Below, in pieces: positions 25,547 to 37,630 of a stretch of DNA of 64,000 nucleotides. Made by a program: the position numbers and the translations under genes. The first letter of the stretch is position 1; every line of letters begins with the position of its first letter. The DNA is taken from assembly GCF_024521635.1 (NCBI RefSeq), contig NW_026250403.1:1736001-1800000 (forward strand). Reading direction: 5' to 3'. The notes beneath the pieces were generated by a model. That model had not been told where the DNA came from, ran no database searches, and saw nothing but the letters and a program-made list of their open reading frames with translations. The stretch comes from Tricharina praecox (taxonomy: Eukaryota).

Positions 25547-26683
25547 GATGACGCCTTCTCCCCGGCTCCTTGCGCAACCGCAGGACCGCAGGTCCGCAGC
25601 CAGCCAACATGACCCACAGCCACCAACGCGGGTGTGTTGTCTGTCCACGTCCACGTCCATGTCCATGCCATGCCATGCCCCCAACGTCGATATAGGTGCG
25701 ATTTCAAATCACCTGTCCCCCGCCTAGAATAATGTCAGCATCTGGAGGCCAGATTCCGTGCTTTTGGCTTTTGCAAACGAGCGAGCCCCGCATGAAGTTT
25801 ATAATGCAGGTTATATACTCTACTCGAGGCGAGAGACGGGGCGTCGGTTAGCTGGGGGCTCCCTCGATATCGATGTCATCGCCCTTCACGCCAGAACACA
25901 TCACGAGCAGGAGCAGGAGGTGACACGCAACATCGCCCGCTCTACTCTACTCTATTCTAAGCTGCAGCTTCTGCTCGCGAGAACTGGGTGCCCGGAAATC
26001 TGGTATGGCGCCAACGACAGACGGCATTCAGTAATCGCTGACGATATATACGCTGACCAATGCCGGGTGAATGAGATGATTCCTCTCGAGGTCGACGTCT
26101 GGATTACTTTTCACGCACTTGTGCCGCGGCGCAAGGTTATGCGATATACTGAGCTCGAAGAAGGACTCAATGGAGAGGCGGTGGAGTGCCCGCTGGTGTA
26201 TGCGGATGTCAAGGAATTGCGATGTCGCACTTGGAGCGGGAATCATGGCGGGACTTTGAATGTGCGGATCTATGTGTAGGACTGCTGTAACATGCACTTG
26301 GAACCAGTGGAATGATATCCTGGTTGTCAGAGCTCATGGCGATCGGACGGTATGCTGAAGTGGGCTGGGTTGTGGAAACCGGATGAATCTTGAACATCCG
26401 CCGAAGGCAGTGTGCTGCTGGAAGGGCAAGATCTTCGTTCGGGCGTTAGATGAAATATCAATCATAGCTTTTGCTATGTTTCTACTACTCGGTCATAATG
26501 TCGATATATCCGCGGCGGCGCTGGTCGTACGAATGAGCGGCGATGATGTGAGAGTGACGAGCACGTGATAGTTAGTTGCACAGCTGGCACGGGAGTTGCC
26601 GAACAAGGGTTCACATGTCCCTGAGCTTCGACCGTCTACCGTAACTAACCCCATCCCGCCCCGCAAAGGGCACCGTCACAACA

Positions 26684-27348
26684 ATGCTCCCATCCGCCAA
26701 CCCGTACTATGCGCGCCAGCAGCTTCTCGTCGAATTGTCTTCCCCCTCTCCCCTCTTCTCTGCTGGTATCATCCTACTAACCCCAGCAGTGCGAGTCTCC
26801 AGCAGACAGCTCCGCGCGGGATGCACATAACGCTCTCGCCCTCAGCGCCGACCAAGACCTGGCACGGCGTATTCTTCCCACGGTGCGGCTCCTACTTCGG
26901 TGCGATCATCCGGTTCACGATCAGCTTCGACTCGCCCTCGCTCGTGCCCGAGGTACACCTGCAGACACGCGTCTTCCATCCGCTCGTCGACCGCACCACG
27001 GGGCGGGTATCGCTCTCGGGCGACGGCACAGTGATCTCCGTGCTCCTGGAGGAGCTTAAGGCCGCGTTCGAGAACGACGAGGTGCTGGACCGCCTGAGTG
27101 TCGCTGGCGTCGCGGATCGCGACGCGTGGAAGAGCTGGAATGGGCGTCGTGAGGGAACGGGAGGGTGGTCCGAGAGGGTCGCGAAGTATGTCAAGGCGAG
27201 TCAGGATGAGGATAAGCCTAATAAGGCGGATGAGGTCGTGCTACTCAGAGGGAACCTGGGTGATGTCGAGCAGGGCGCTGTTGGTAGGGTTAGAAGCTCG
27301 ATGGGTGAGCGGTTGAGGGAGAGGGGGATCAAGGTGCGGGAATATTAG
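26684..27348 (+). CDS. Ubiquitin-conjugating enzyme variant (AKTIP/FTS-like); intron about 26737-26789
   Basis: QQLLVEF|ASL...WHGVFFPRCGSYFGAIIRFTISF...VFHPLVD is a UBC fold with no Cys at the usual catalytic position. Confidence 0.75.
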
Positions 27349-27825
27349 CTGTAGACTCGGGCGTGAGTAGGCGACGAGTATTTAATGTGATCAGAGAGCA
27401 GCGAGACGGGATTATTGTTTCGGGCGTTTTTTTTTGGATGTGCGGTTTTGTGTTGGTGCCTTGTCTCTGCAAGCCTGTATTGATTTCAAGAGCGATATAT
27501 CGATGCGTTCATTTAGGTTGTTTGTGCAGAGTACAAAGCTCTTAACTCTGCCAGGCGTAGTTACTTGTGGTCGTCGTACACGACCGAAGTGCTGCTTGCT
27601 CCCTCCCGGTGTGTTTAGTTTAACCTCAATTGCTGCTCCCACTCTCATCACCTCCCTCGGCCAGCTGCTATACAACCTCAAATCATCCTCAAAGTTTTGG
27701 AAACCTAATTCCTTTCCACTTTCTTGATTCTCCTACATTGACTCTTTTTGAATTGACTCTGTACTCTACTGTAGCTGTAGCTCCCTGACTCGAGAGCCTC
27801 TTGCCAGTCCTTCGATCTCCAGTCA

Positions 27826-28065
27826 ATGAGCACTCTCCAGGCCCTCACCGCCAGTGCACAATCACTTCTCTCAGGCATCAAGTACCACCTCTACCACTCG
27901 ACCATCTACCGTTGGCTCCTCCGCAGCCTCTGCCGTCTCCTCGACTGCTTCACCTCCCGGCCCTCGCAGTGGCTGACGGACACGGAGCTCGACGGCCCCG
28001 ACCTGGACTTGGAGTTCAACGATTTCTCTTCGGAGTTCTCGGCTTCAGTCAAGTCACTGGTCTAA
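27826..28065 (+). CDS. 79-aa small ORF directly upstream of the vWA-like gene (uORF or separate cistron)
   Basis: 65 of 79 codons end in G/C; the stop TAA is 2 nt before the next ATG. Confidence 0.5.
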   Translation: MSTLQALTASAQSLLSGIKYHLYHSTIYRWLLRSLCRLLDCFTSRPSQWLTDTELDGPDLDLEFNDFSSEFSASVKSLV

Positions 28066-28067
28066 AG

Positions 28068-31000
28068 ATGGCTGCTGCGACGCACCACCACTATCCGGAG
28101 AACTTCACGGGGGGCCCAGCCCCAGCCCCGGCCCCAGCCCAAGTGCAAGGCACCAAGGTAATCACGCCCTCACTCGGCTCCGTGTCGAAACGATACACAG
28201 TCCCGTTCCGCTCGGCAACGGTGAGGACCAGGACGGCCGACTACGGCGATGCGAGGCACGATCCGGCACTCATCGCGGAGCTGGGGGATATCCGCCCGGA
28301 AACGCCGCAGATGGATACGAGGCCGTTAAACTTCCGCTCCCCTCCAGTGCAGCAGCAGCAACAACAGCAGCGTTACGGAAACATGGCACCGCCGGAGTCG
28401 GCATTCAGCCCGCCGATCTCGGAGTTCGGCAGCACGCGGAGCAGGTATGGGAGGGCACCACAGGCCCCTAGGAGAGTCAGTTCTACACGGCAGAAATTGC
28501 AACGGAGAAATACTATAGACGGTCGCAGGACGGATGGTGGAAGCAATGATGATAGCGCTGGCGGGGGCATTCCAAACCTGGACGGCACAAGCGACATGCC
28601 TGAGAGGAAGAAGAGCTCTGCCGGGAACCGCGGAATGAGTTGGTTGCAGAGGCCAGAGAGGAAGGACTCCAAGCACAAAGTGCCAGCGCCAGCTCCCGAG
28701 CCGAAGACAAAGAAGGATAAAGTTGTGGTGCGGGATCGCTCCTCCACGGATCCGGGAAGGCTCGTGACCGCCGATGCTACAGCACGCGGAAACTTCGACG
28801 TCAAGCGAACGGTCTCTTCCGGCAGCCGGTTCAGAAAGGCGTTTTCCAAGGGTGCGGATAATAATATCGAAGAGGAGTCCACCACCACCGACCATGGCGA
28901 TGCGGTAGATAAGGTGAAGAAATGGAAGAAACGAGTATTTTCGAAGGACTTTTTCAAGAATGATGCGAAAGGTCAGAAGTTGGCGGATCGTAGGAGCAGT
29001 TTGTCCACCCCTACCGAGGTCACCGAACCTTCTTCAAATTCGGCTCCCAGTGTTATGTCGGATCACTCGAATAAGACGGTCATCACGAGGCATTCGGCGA
29101 AATCAGTGAAATCGGTGAAATCCCGGAGTTCTTCGGACACGGCCGCAAGCCAGGCCGCATCGACAATCGATGACTTTCAGGTTGATGGGATAAGTTCCGT
29201 ACCGATGGATGGGAATGCCACGGAGAAGGTTTTTAACGACAGTGTTATTGGGATGATCGACGGGAAAGTTGGTGTTAAACCTAGGCTCAGATGCGGGCAA
29301 CAATGGAAGCCACCGATGATCACCCTGGATCTGCAAGTGATCTCGCCCGTCGACCGGGTGCCCGTCGTGGTTGGCTCAGGCAACGAGATCTGGGTCGCTG
29401 TGGTTTTGCAAGGTTTGGTGGTCGGGGAGATTGATAGGCCTGGTGTTGCTGGCAATACCAGTGGAATTGGGTTGGATGTTGGCGTATTGTTGGATATTTC
29501 GTGAGTTTCTCTCAGATCTTGGCTATGCTGGCACTAATGTTTTCAGATCGTACACTTCGCCAGAGTGCTTCGAAGAGATGAAGCGTGAAGCGAAACGTCT
29601 GGTCGAAGCGATGGAGACGTCGCGAGATCGAATCGCGGTTATGACCTTCTCCCCACCAACCTTTGCGAAACGAACGTCTTCACGAGGACACGCCGGCCTC
29701 AGGATACTGAATTCTTCGGGAAGCGTTGCGAAGAAGCAGTTGATCGAAGACGTTTCGAGTCTGCAACCAGGCCTCAGCGCGGACCCATCTGGACGAGACG
29801 TCGCCGCAGCAGTGAGAGCAGCCGTCAAAACACTGCAGAACATGCCGTCGGATACCAGTAAGTACGGTTCGAAGAGGTCCGGACACCTGTTCTTGATCAC
29901 CACTAAGCTCGATATTGGGGTTATCGAGGGAAACTTCGGGGGAATCAAGATCCACATTATCGGCGTCGGCCCAATATTTAATCCCACTAGTGCAATGGGG
30001 GGAGAAGGATGGTGTGCGGCAATGTCATCTCCACTCGAGATGCTGTACGGTCCAAGGCTCAGGAAAGTTGTTGCGGACGGTATCGATATACCCGTCAGCA
30101 AGCCTCCCGGTACAAATGACATAAAGACCATTATCAATCTCCTCCGGATGGGGATCGATGTGGGATCTATTTCAGGAGGCGACTTGTTCTTCTATCCAGG
30201 TGAAGGATGCAGACTCAAGGGCGTCCTCGGAGACATGTCGTTTACTAGGTTGCTTCCAGGTGAGCGCAGGTGCTTGATGGTGAAGCTGGAAATCGGGGAC
30301 TTTCCAGGCTGGGACTGTGAGAATCTGGACATCGATGGAGCGGAGCGACAATTACAGGCTACTCTTGGGGAGCTTTCCAGCAACATCCTTACGGTGGAAG
30401 CTATCTATCGGCACTCGCACTTCAGCGCGCCGGATGTGAAGATCACTTCCAAGCACGTCGTGGAGGTCGCGAGGTACGAAGAGGGCTGCGTTTGGAGTCA
30501 GTCAAAGCTGGATCTGAACCACGGCGTGCCGACACAACACCTATTCGCCGCCGACGAAGGTAGGAGCCTGTCGGATAGGGCACGTGTGAACTCTGTGCTA
30601 GTGCAGGTCCTTGCCGACCGGCATTCCTCCGCTCGCGCAGCTCGACAGGCAGTGGAGCAGCTCCGAGACCATGTCGATGCGCCTGCGATTCTTCGGGAAC
30701 TGGGTTATCAGGTTTATCTAGAGAACCGTTTTGGATTTAAACGCCCCAAGATTGATGAGTCTCCCGACATGGAAGCGTATTCTGGCCGGATGATGGAGTT
30801 CTTTGAACGCAGCCTCTCGCCTGATGACTCTAAGACAGTGGTGAACAAGCCGAGGCCCATTCCGCGGGAGTACGATGCTGCTGGCTCGGATCTCTCGATG
30901 GACGGCGGAGGTGACGGTGAGGTCGTTTCCCACAGCGATTCGGAGCTGTACAATACGTCTCCTCGCCGCACGCAGAGCCAGGTCCAACCATATCGATGCC

Positions 31001-31233
31001 GGAGCCCGGACGAGGCGAAGAAATTGTGGATGCGACTCGGAAGCGGCTTCGACGACGACCTTGGTGCGTTGTGTATGGATGAGGATTTCGACGTGGATGA
31101 TGGTAACACACTTTATTCTCCGGCGGACATGGTCGAGAGACGCAATAGTGTTGGTCGCAATAGTGTTGGTCAACAGACGCTCATCACGTTGAGGAACGTG
31201 AGGGAGACGGATTTTTCGCCGTGGGTTTTGTGA
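28068..31233 (+). CDS. Large protein with disordered N-terminal half and degenerate vWA-like domain; intron 29501-29546
   Basis: LDVGVLLDIS|SYTS (MIDAS-like strand), DRIAVMTF, HLFLIT, IHIIGVG; the intron joins the two long ORFs in frame. Confidence 0.7.
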
Positions 31234-31952
31234 GGTATTGCTCAGTTTTGCCGCGGGTGTTATGGTGTTGCCTTTTATGCTGATCGGTTTTGCGTCTGAT
31301 TCTAAACCTGCTTGTGTTTTATTACGGTTTATGGTGTATTTCTAGGTGCCGCGGGTACTTGTAGCTGTCACGTTTAGTTCTCTTGGTTTCATGTTTGCCT
31401 CACAAAGGCTTTGGGGGTCGGTCTCGGATTGAGGATGCGGTGTTGATCGTGGCGGTTTCGATAGATTATGTGTTATCGGCGGTTGCAGTACTTGAGGATT
31501 TTCATGACTGCTCCCGCTGCAGTGGTTCTGTGTTGGCGGCCAGGTATCCAGAACGATTTGTTAGACCTAAAAGACGAATCCCCATTACGCGTGAGCCCCC
31601 CGTTGTGATTAGAGGATAACCAAAGCGATCCCTGAAGCAAACGCCATGCATTTGTCGATCATATTTCTCCGACACGACATCCCAATCGGGTCCGTTTACC
31701 GACCGTCAAGCCGACTGCGCCTCAACAGCTTACGAGTCGCATGTCCCACCTTAGCAGCTAAGCTCGCCGCTTAAAACCACTTCCATCGTTCGCTCTCCTT
31801 CAGTCATCAATTCACATCACACCTTCCTCGCTCACCACCACCACTCAATCCCTCACTCTCAATCCGCCCGCTTGACGATCTTCCTTGCCTGGCAATAACA
31901 CCGATCCTCCTCCTCGCAGTCAACCATAAATAAAAAAGAAACGACTATCACA

Positions 31953-32414
31953 ATGGCCGAAGACCACAAAGCTCCTCCTCCCGGCGTAAGCATTCCCGGA
32001 ACATCCGCTCCCTTCTTCCAACCTACTAACTCAGTGCCACAGTACGGAGCGCCTCCTCCGCAGTACCCACCACAAGCTGCCCACTACGGCCCACCCGGCG
32101 GCCCACCGCCACAAGGCCCACCAGGCAACAGCGGCTACTACGGCGGCGGCGACCCCTCGCAACAGCCGAAACAATACTACGGACCGCCGCCTCAACAGCA
32201 GCCACAGGGCGACTACTACGGGCAGCAACCGCAACAGCAATATCAGCAGGGCGGCGGCAACTACGGTCCCCCGCCGCAACAGATGCAGTACCAGCAGATG
32301 CCGCCGCCGATACATGACGACCGGAGGAATAGCGGCATGGGCGCGGGTGGCGGCATGTGTGCGGGTCTCTGTGCCGCCCTCATGTGCTGCTGCTGTTTGG
32401 ACTGTCTCTTCTAG
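31953..32414 (+). CDS. CYSTM-type Pro/Gln/Tyr-rich protein with Cys-rich C-terminal membrane anchor; probable in-frame intron 31986-32042
   Basis: PQY/GPPPQQ repeats; ends GMCAGLCAALMCCCCLDCLF. Confidence 0.9.
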   Translation: MAEDHKAPPPGVSIPGTSAPFFQPTNSVPQYGAPPPQYPPQAAHYGPPGGPPPQGPPGNSGYYGGGDPSQQPKQYYGPPPQQQPQGDYYGQQPQQQYQQGGGNYGPPPQQMQYQQMPPPIHDDRRNSGMGAGGGMCAGLCAALMCCCCLDCLF

Positions 32415-34369
32415 GGGGGGGCGGCGCTGCGTGACGGTTGGGTGTGGGCGGTTGATTTGATTTTACGGGTTAATTCTTTGCTTGGGCGTGCGGACGCGCG
32501 GCTGGTTTGGTTTTCTGATTGTGTTTGGCTAGGGGATTCTGGGCGGGCTGGGCGGGGCTGGGCGGGGAGGGGGAGGGGGGAATGCTTCATGCGGTGGCCG
32601 GGGCGCGATACACTACACTACCTTCTCCTACTACTTCTACTACCTTTTGTATTGTACACACGATGTTTTTTTTAAACTGTTAATGGCTTGATTGATTGGG
32701 AGGCTCTGGTGGCTACCGTTCTCTAAGCACCTAGAAGTACGCAACTACGAATTTTTTCTGTAAAAGAGTATCTTCAAATTCTTGTGCTGACCGAAGCTGT
32801 CATACTCATCCCCGACCGGACCGCATCCTTGAACTACCAAGGTACCCAGGTACCCAAGTCGGTGCCTAGATAGATTTCTTCTAGTTAGCGCCAGACGTGA
32901 GCGAATCGCCCGAAAACTACCGATCGGCGACCGCCGCGACATCCGTGTTGGAGACTTGGAGGCTTGGAGGCTTGGTGCAATTTTGTGTTTGTGCTGGGGT
33001 GTGGTGGCAGCGGATTGTCATGCCATGTGGATGATCCATCTCATCCCATCCCGGCAGGTCAAGGATGTGAGTGCACGAGTGATACACTGTGCTGCTGCTC
33101 GTGAGGAGTCTAGATTTGACGGATGGCGAGTAGAATATGGAAAGCACATCCAAAAAATCGTCTCTAACTACCACGGTATACGTAACTGGGTAATGGAAAC
33201 CATTTCCAATGAATCGTCTCTACCACGGTGTACCACGGTAGGTAGGTATACGTAATGAGACAGTATGTGTGGGAAAGGGCAAAGGGCGGTTCGCCACGTG
33301 GCGGAGTCACTCAGCCACCACCGCCTACTACTGTACCTACTACTGTCAGACTGTCAGGCACGACGAATCGACATACGTATTGCAGAGCCACCACCGAGAA
33401 GCGCGCGGAGGTCAGCATAAGACATAAGCTGTCATTCCTCACACCTCACGGCACTCGCGAATTCCGTACCTACCTAACCATGTGATCGGGCGTCCGTCGT
33501 GGGTATCATACGCTTCCGGAACTAGATAACCTTCTCCGAAACGTTGCGGACTTGAAGAACGAATCCTCTCTTTAACTCGTACCTTTATGTCAGCGGAGTC
33601 GACGGCTACTCTACTATCGCCCCTGCTAGGAATTGGAATACCTAACGGCGGAAAAAAGAGCCTCGCCGACGGAAAGTTGACATCTCGTGAAATTTCTTGC
33701 TGGGTATCACTCGACTAATATCGTCAAGTCAAGTCAAAATCAAAATCAGTGCTGCAATTGGTGATGGGCAGGTATCATTCGCAGAGTTGTGCGAGCCTGT
33801 TCAACACCCACGTTAATACGAAAGTCATGGGTTTGCCCTGGAGAGAAGTTCACCAGCGAATTCTACTACCGGGGAGTTGGTCGTCCATCTACCCACTTCC
33901 TCTCCTAATCCCTTCTATATAAAGCCCCCCAAGAAGACATCTTCAACCACACCCCCCGGATAGGCCCTATAGCTCATGATTATGGAATGCTCCTGACGAG
34001 TTTTGTTTTGTAGCTGATGGATGATAGATCCAAGAACGGAGGGAAGAAGGAGCATATGGATTATGGATTTGGGACTCGGCACCGTTGGTGGTTAAGGTTA
34101 TGAGAGATGAGGATTGAGAATTCATGCCTGCGAATGAGTTTGACGAGCCGCGGCACCTTTATGCTTACTGTGTACAGCCTGGCTACCGGCTCCAAAGCAC
34201 CTGACCTCCGCGCTACCGAGTGCCCTCGCATGACTCGGTCTAGTTTAGCGCTCACCATGACGTAACAATCACGATGCCCATCCCAGCTCCCATTTAATAC
34301 TGCGAGTCTGCGTGTTTGAGCACACCGTTGCATCACAAAATTTCCATTCACGCTCAGCAACTCCACAAA

Positions 34370-34853
34370 ATGCTACGAACAACCGCATCACGAAGCTTGC
34401 GCCCATTGCGCCCTCTCGCATACCAGTACTCCTACAGTACAAGGCCCACAACTACCACAGCCAACGCCAACGCCGACCGTCTCAACCCAAAGTCCGCCGC
34501 CGCCGCTCCCAGCACCCGTGCAGAGGACGTTAGCGTATGTACCCACCTGCTTACCTATGTCCCACCTTTCGTTCCGTCGTCGTCACTCGTGACTTTGTTC
34601 TTTCCTAGGGCTGACGTGGGGAATTCATCTACATATGTAGACCTCGCAAGTCTCGGCGCACCTGGGGCGTGCACAGTCGCAGTCGCACACGTCGCAGCCC
34701 GTGACACAGTCGGAACGTGACGATGCGGTGCTGATGGCAAAGCTCGAGGAGATGGTTGCCGGAGATGGAGGCGCCAGCGGCGTCGAGTATGAAGACGGCA
34801 ATCCGGCGGATATGAAGCGGGCGGTTAGGAGTAATATGTTCAGAGTTATCTGA
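34370..34853 (+). CDS. Small putative mitochondrial protein (125 aa); exons 34370-34534, 34641-34853
   Basis: Presequence-like MLRTTASRSLRPLR; canonical intron; C-terminus GDGGASGVEYEDGNPADMKRAVRSNMFRVI resembles an uncharacterised fungal family (from memory). Confidence 0.75.
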
Positions 34854-35310
34854 TGAATGAAGGTGAATGAAGGGGACGAGAGTGTATGTACATATGATGG
34901 TATTTTGAGTGGGGTTTTCCATGTGGTATCTCGCTTAGCGGGTCACGCTGCTGCTGCTGCTTTCACATGCAAAGAATGCCGAGGGAAGCCGCCCCCAGAC
35001 ATCTCATTCTCGGCCCAGGTGAAAGCTCGGTATTTTCACACGCGAAATCCAGCGCTGCCCCCCCACCGCCAGGCCGCCAGCCAAACAAACACGCGGAATT
35101 TCAGAAGCAGAGGGGGATCATCGATCACAAGGGATAATAAGCAAGGGAAAAGGTCTCGGCAACGTGTTACTGGCACATGATGGCCATATTTATATCTCCG
35201 TCTTCCCCGCAAAATTATTATCCCGCTCGTTCATTCATTCCCACGCGCCCTCCTTGACCTCTTCTCCTCGCCCTCATCGTTATCACCGCCGCGTTAGACT
35301 ACCTACAGCA

Positions 35311-37042
35311 ATGGAGCCTCTCCCCATCCCCGAAAAGACCTACACCCTCGAAGAGGTATGTCCCCAGCTGTCCTCCGCCAGTTAGCTCGTCTCTAACCTC
35401 CTCCGCAGGTCGCAAAGAACAACACCGAAGACTCGCTCTGGGTGATCATCGACAGTCTAATCTACGATGTAACCGACTTCGCGCTCGGGCACCCAGGCGG
35501 AGCGCACGTCCTGCTGCAAGTGGCTGGCACAGACGCCACACGCGACTTCTACTCGATGCACCGGCACGAAGTTCTCAGCAAGTACCGCAGCATGATTATC
35601 GGGCGGGTGCACAACAAGACTCCGCAGATCGTGTCGCGCGGAATCGGCGAGCTCTCGACGGTCCCCTATGCAGAGCCCACGTGGCTCATCCCCGCCTTCA
35701 AGAGCCCGTACTATACCGACTCCCACAGGAAGCTGCAGAAGGAGATACGGGTCTTTGTCGATACCATCTTAAGGCCGGAGGCGCTGAGGATCGAGGAGGC
35801 GGGACTGTACCCGAGCCAGGAGTTTTTCTTGAAGACGGCGGAGTTGGGGATCACGCCGATGCGGCTGGGCCCCGGAAAGCATCTGCTGGGGCGGAAGTTG
35901 TTTGGCGGCGTGAAACCCGAGGAGATGGATTACTTCCATGAGTTGGTTCTGAACCAGGAGATGGCACTGACGCACGGCCGCGCGTGTAATGACGGCTTTG
36001 GCGGTGGTATGGTGATTGGTCTGCCGCCGGTCATGAACTTCTGCTCGAATAAAAAGCTGCAGCAGGAGGTTATGGATGAGGTGCTCAGTGGGCGGAAGAT
36101 GATTGCGCTGGCTATCACTGAGGCGTTTGGAGGCAGTGATGTCATCAATGGACTCCGGACGACGGCGGTGAAGAGTGCGGACGGAACTCACTACGTCGTC
36201 AACGGTACCAAGAAGTAAGTTCATCTCCTTCCCGCTGTCGTGATTGGTCCAGAGTTAATCGCTTTTCTTTTTTCTAGGTGGATCACCAACGGCTGCTTCG
36301 CCGAGTACTTCACCACCGCCGTCAAGACAGACAAGGGTCTGAGTGTTCTGCTCATCCCTCGGGGCGAGGGCGTCGAGACCACGCAAATCAAGACCAGCTA
36401 CTCCAGCGCTGCGGGAACAGCCTTCGTCACATTCGACAACGTCAAAGTCCCGGTCGAGAACCTTCTCGGCAAGGAGAACCAAGGGATCAAAGTGATCCTT
36501 TCTAACTTCAACCACGAGCGCTGGGTGATGACATGCGCCGTCGTGCGCGTAACCCGTCTGATTATCGAGGAATGTCTGAAATGGACCAACCAGCGCCAAG
36601 TCTTTGGCCGTCCGCTCATCTCGCAGCCTGTCATCCGCGCAAAGCTGGCGCGCATGATCGCCCTCAACGAGAGTTGTCAGGCGTGGCTCGAGAACGTCAC
36701 ACACCAGATGTGTCACATGACGTACGCGCAGCAGAGCACGCTTCTGGCCGGACCTATCGCCCTGCTGAAGACTTTTGTCACTCGTGCCGCCCATGATGTG
36801 GCCGACGATGCGGTGCAGATCTGGGGAGGGCGTGGATTGACTAAGGGAGGGATGGGGAGGGTTATCGAGGTTCGTCGTTTTCTTTCCCCCCTCAACTGTT
36901 CGACGCAATGGCTAATACATATACACAACAGAGTTTCCAACGAGGCTATAAATTCGATGCTATCCTGGGTGGCAGCGAGGAGATCCTTGCGGATTTGGCC
37001 GTCAGAATGGCGGTTAAGGGCGGTATTAAGTCGGTGCTGTAG
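35311..37042 (+). CDS. Acyl-CoA dehydrogenase with N-terminal cytochrome b5 domain, 4 exons
   Basis: YDVTDF..HPGG (b5); LAITEAFGGSDV, NGTKK|WITNG, SNFNHERW, QIWGGRGLT, AILGGSEEILADL. Confidence 0.95.
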
Positions 37043-37568
37043 ATGCGATGGTGGATAAGTGATACCTGTATTATACTATACACTAGATATTGGCTTTCTT
37101 TCTTTCTTTCTTTCTGTACTAGTACCCAAGTATTGTATATATTGATGCATCGTTTCGTTTGGGAATTTGATAGTTATGGAACTAGATTGTCTCTTGTGCC
37201 GTGTATCATGATGGGTGCAGTGGGTCGTCTGCTGGAATAGTCTTTTGTCCATGCCAGTGTAGAACATACTCTCGTCCTCGCCAGCGTGAAAGCACCAAGT
37301 CTAAAATTCGAGCAGACTGGCACACTCTTCTGCATAACTCAGCCCTGAATCGAACGATGTTCTGTCTTCGGTCCTCATGATGCCGAACTGAAAGTCTGAA
37401 AGTCTGAAACTCCGAAAAGCCGAAACGGCCCGTATTCTGCTTCCGGTTAGCACAGGGCCGTGTGAGACAACACGAAACCAAACGAACTGACTCGGAGCCG
37501 GACGCGGAGCCGGACACGCCGAGCCGAGCTGTTCCGTGCCGCGCCGTGCAGATTGTTTCGCGGAAATG

Positions 37569-37630
37569 GAGGGGGACGATGGAGGAGGAGGATGGAGGAG
37601 GAGGAGGAGGAGGATGGAGGAGGAGGATGG
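37569..37630. repeat. (GGA)n purine-rich microsatellite
   Basis: ggaggaggaggatggaggaggaggaggaggaggatgg... Confidence 0.85.

Noticed and set aside
25758..26279. 173-aa ORF as a gene
   Set aside because: No ATG start, no recognisable motif or splice partner; at most a remnant.
33987..34055. Hammerhead-like CTGACGA inside an atgctcct/aggagcat inverted repeat
   Set aside because: No GAAA or stem III, so the catalytic core cannot be formed.
37031..37042. Peroxisomal targeting or readthrough signal on the acyl-CoA dehydrogenase
   Set aside because: The C-terminus SVL is not a canonical PTS1, and there is no TGA-CTA readthrough context at this or the other stops I checked.
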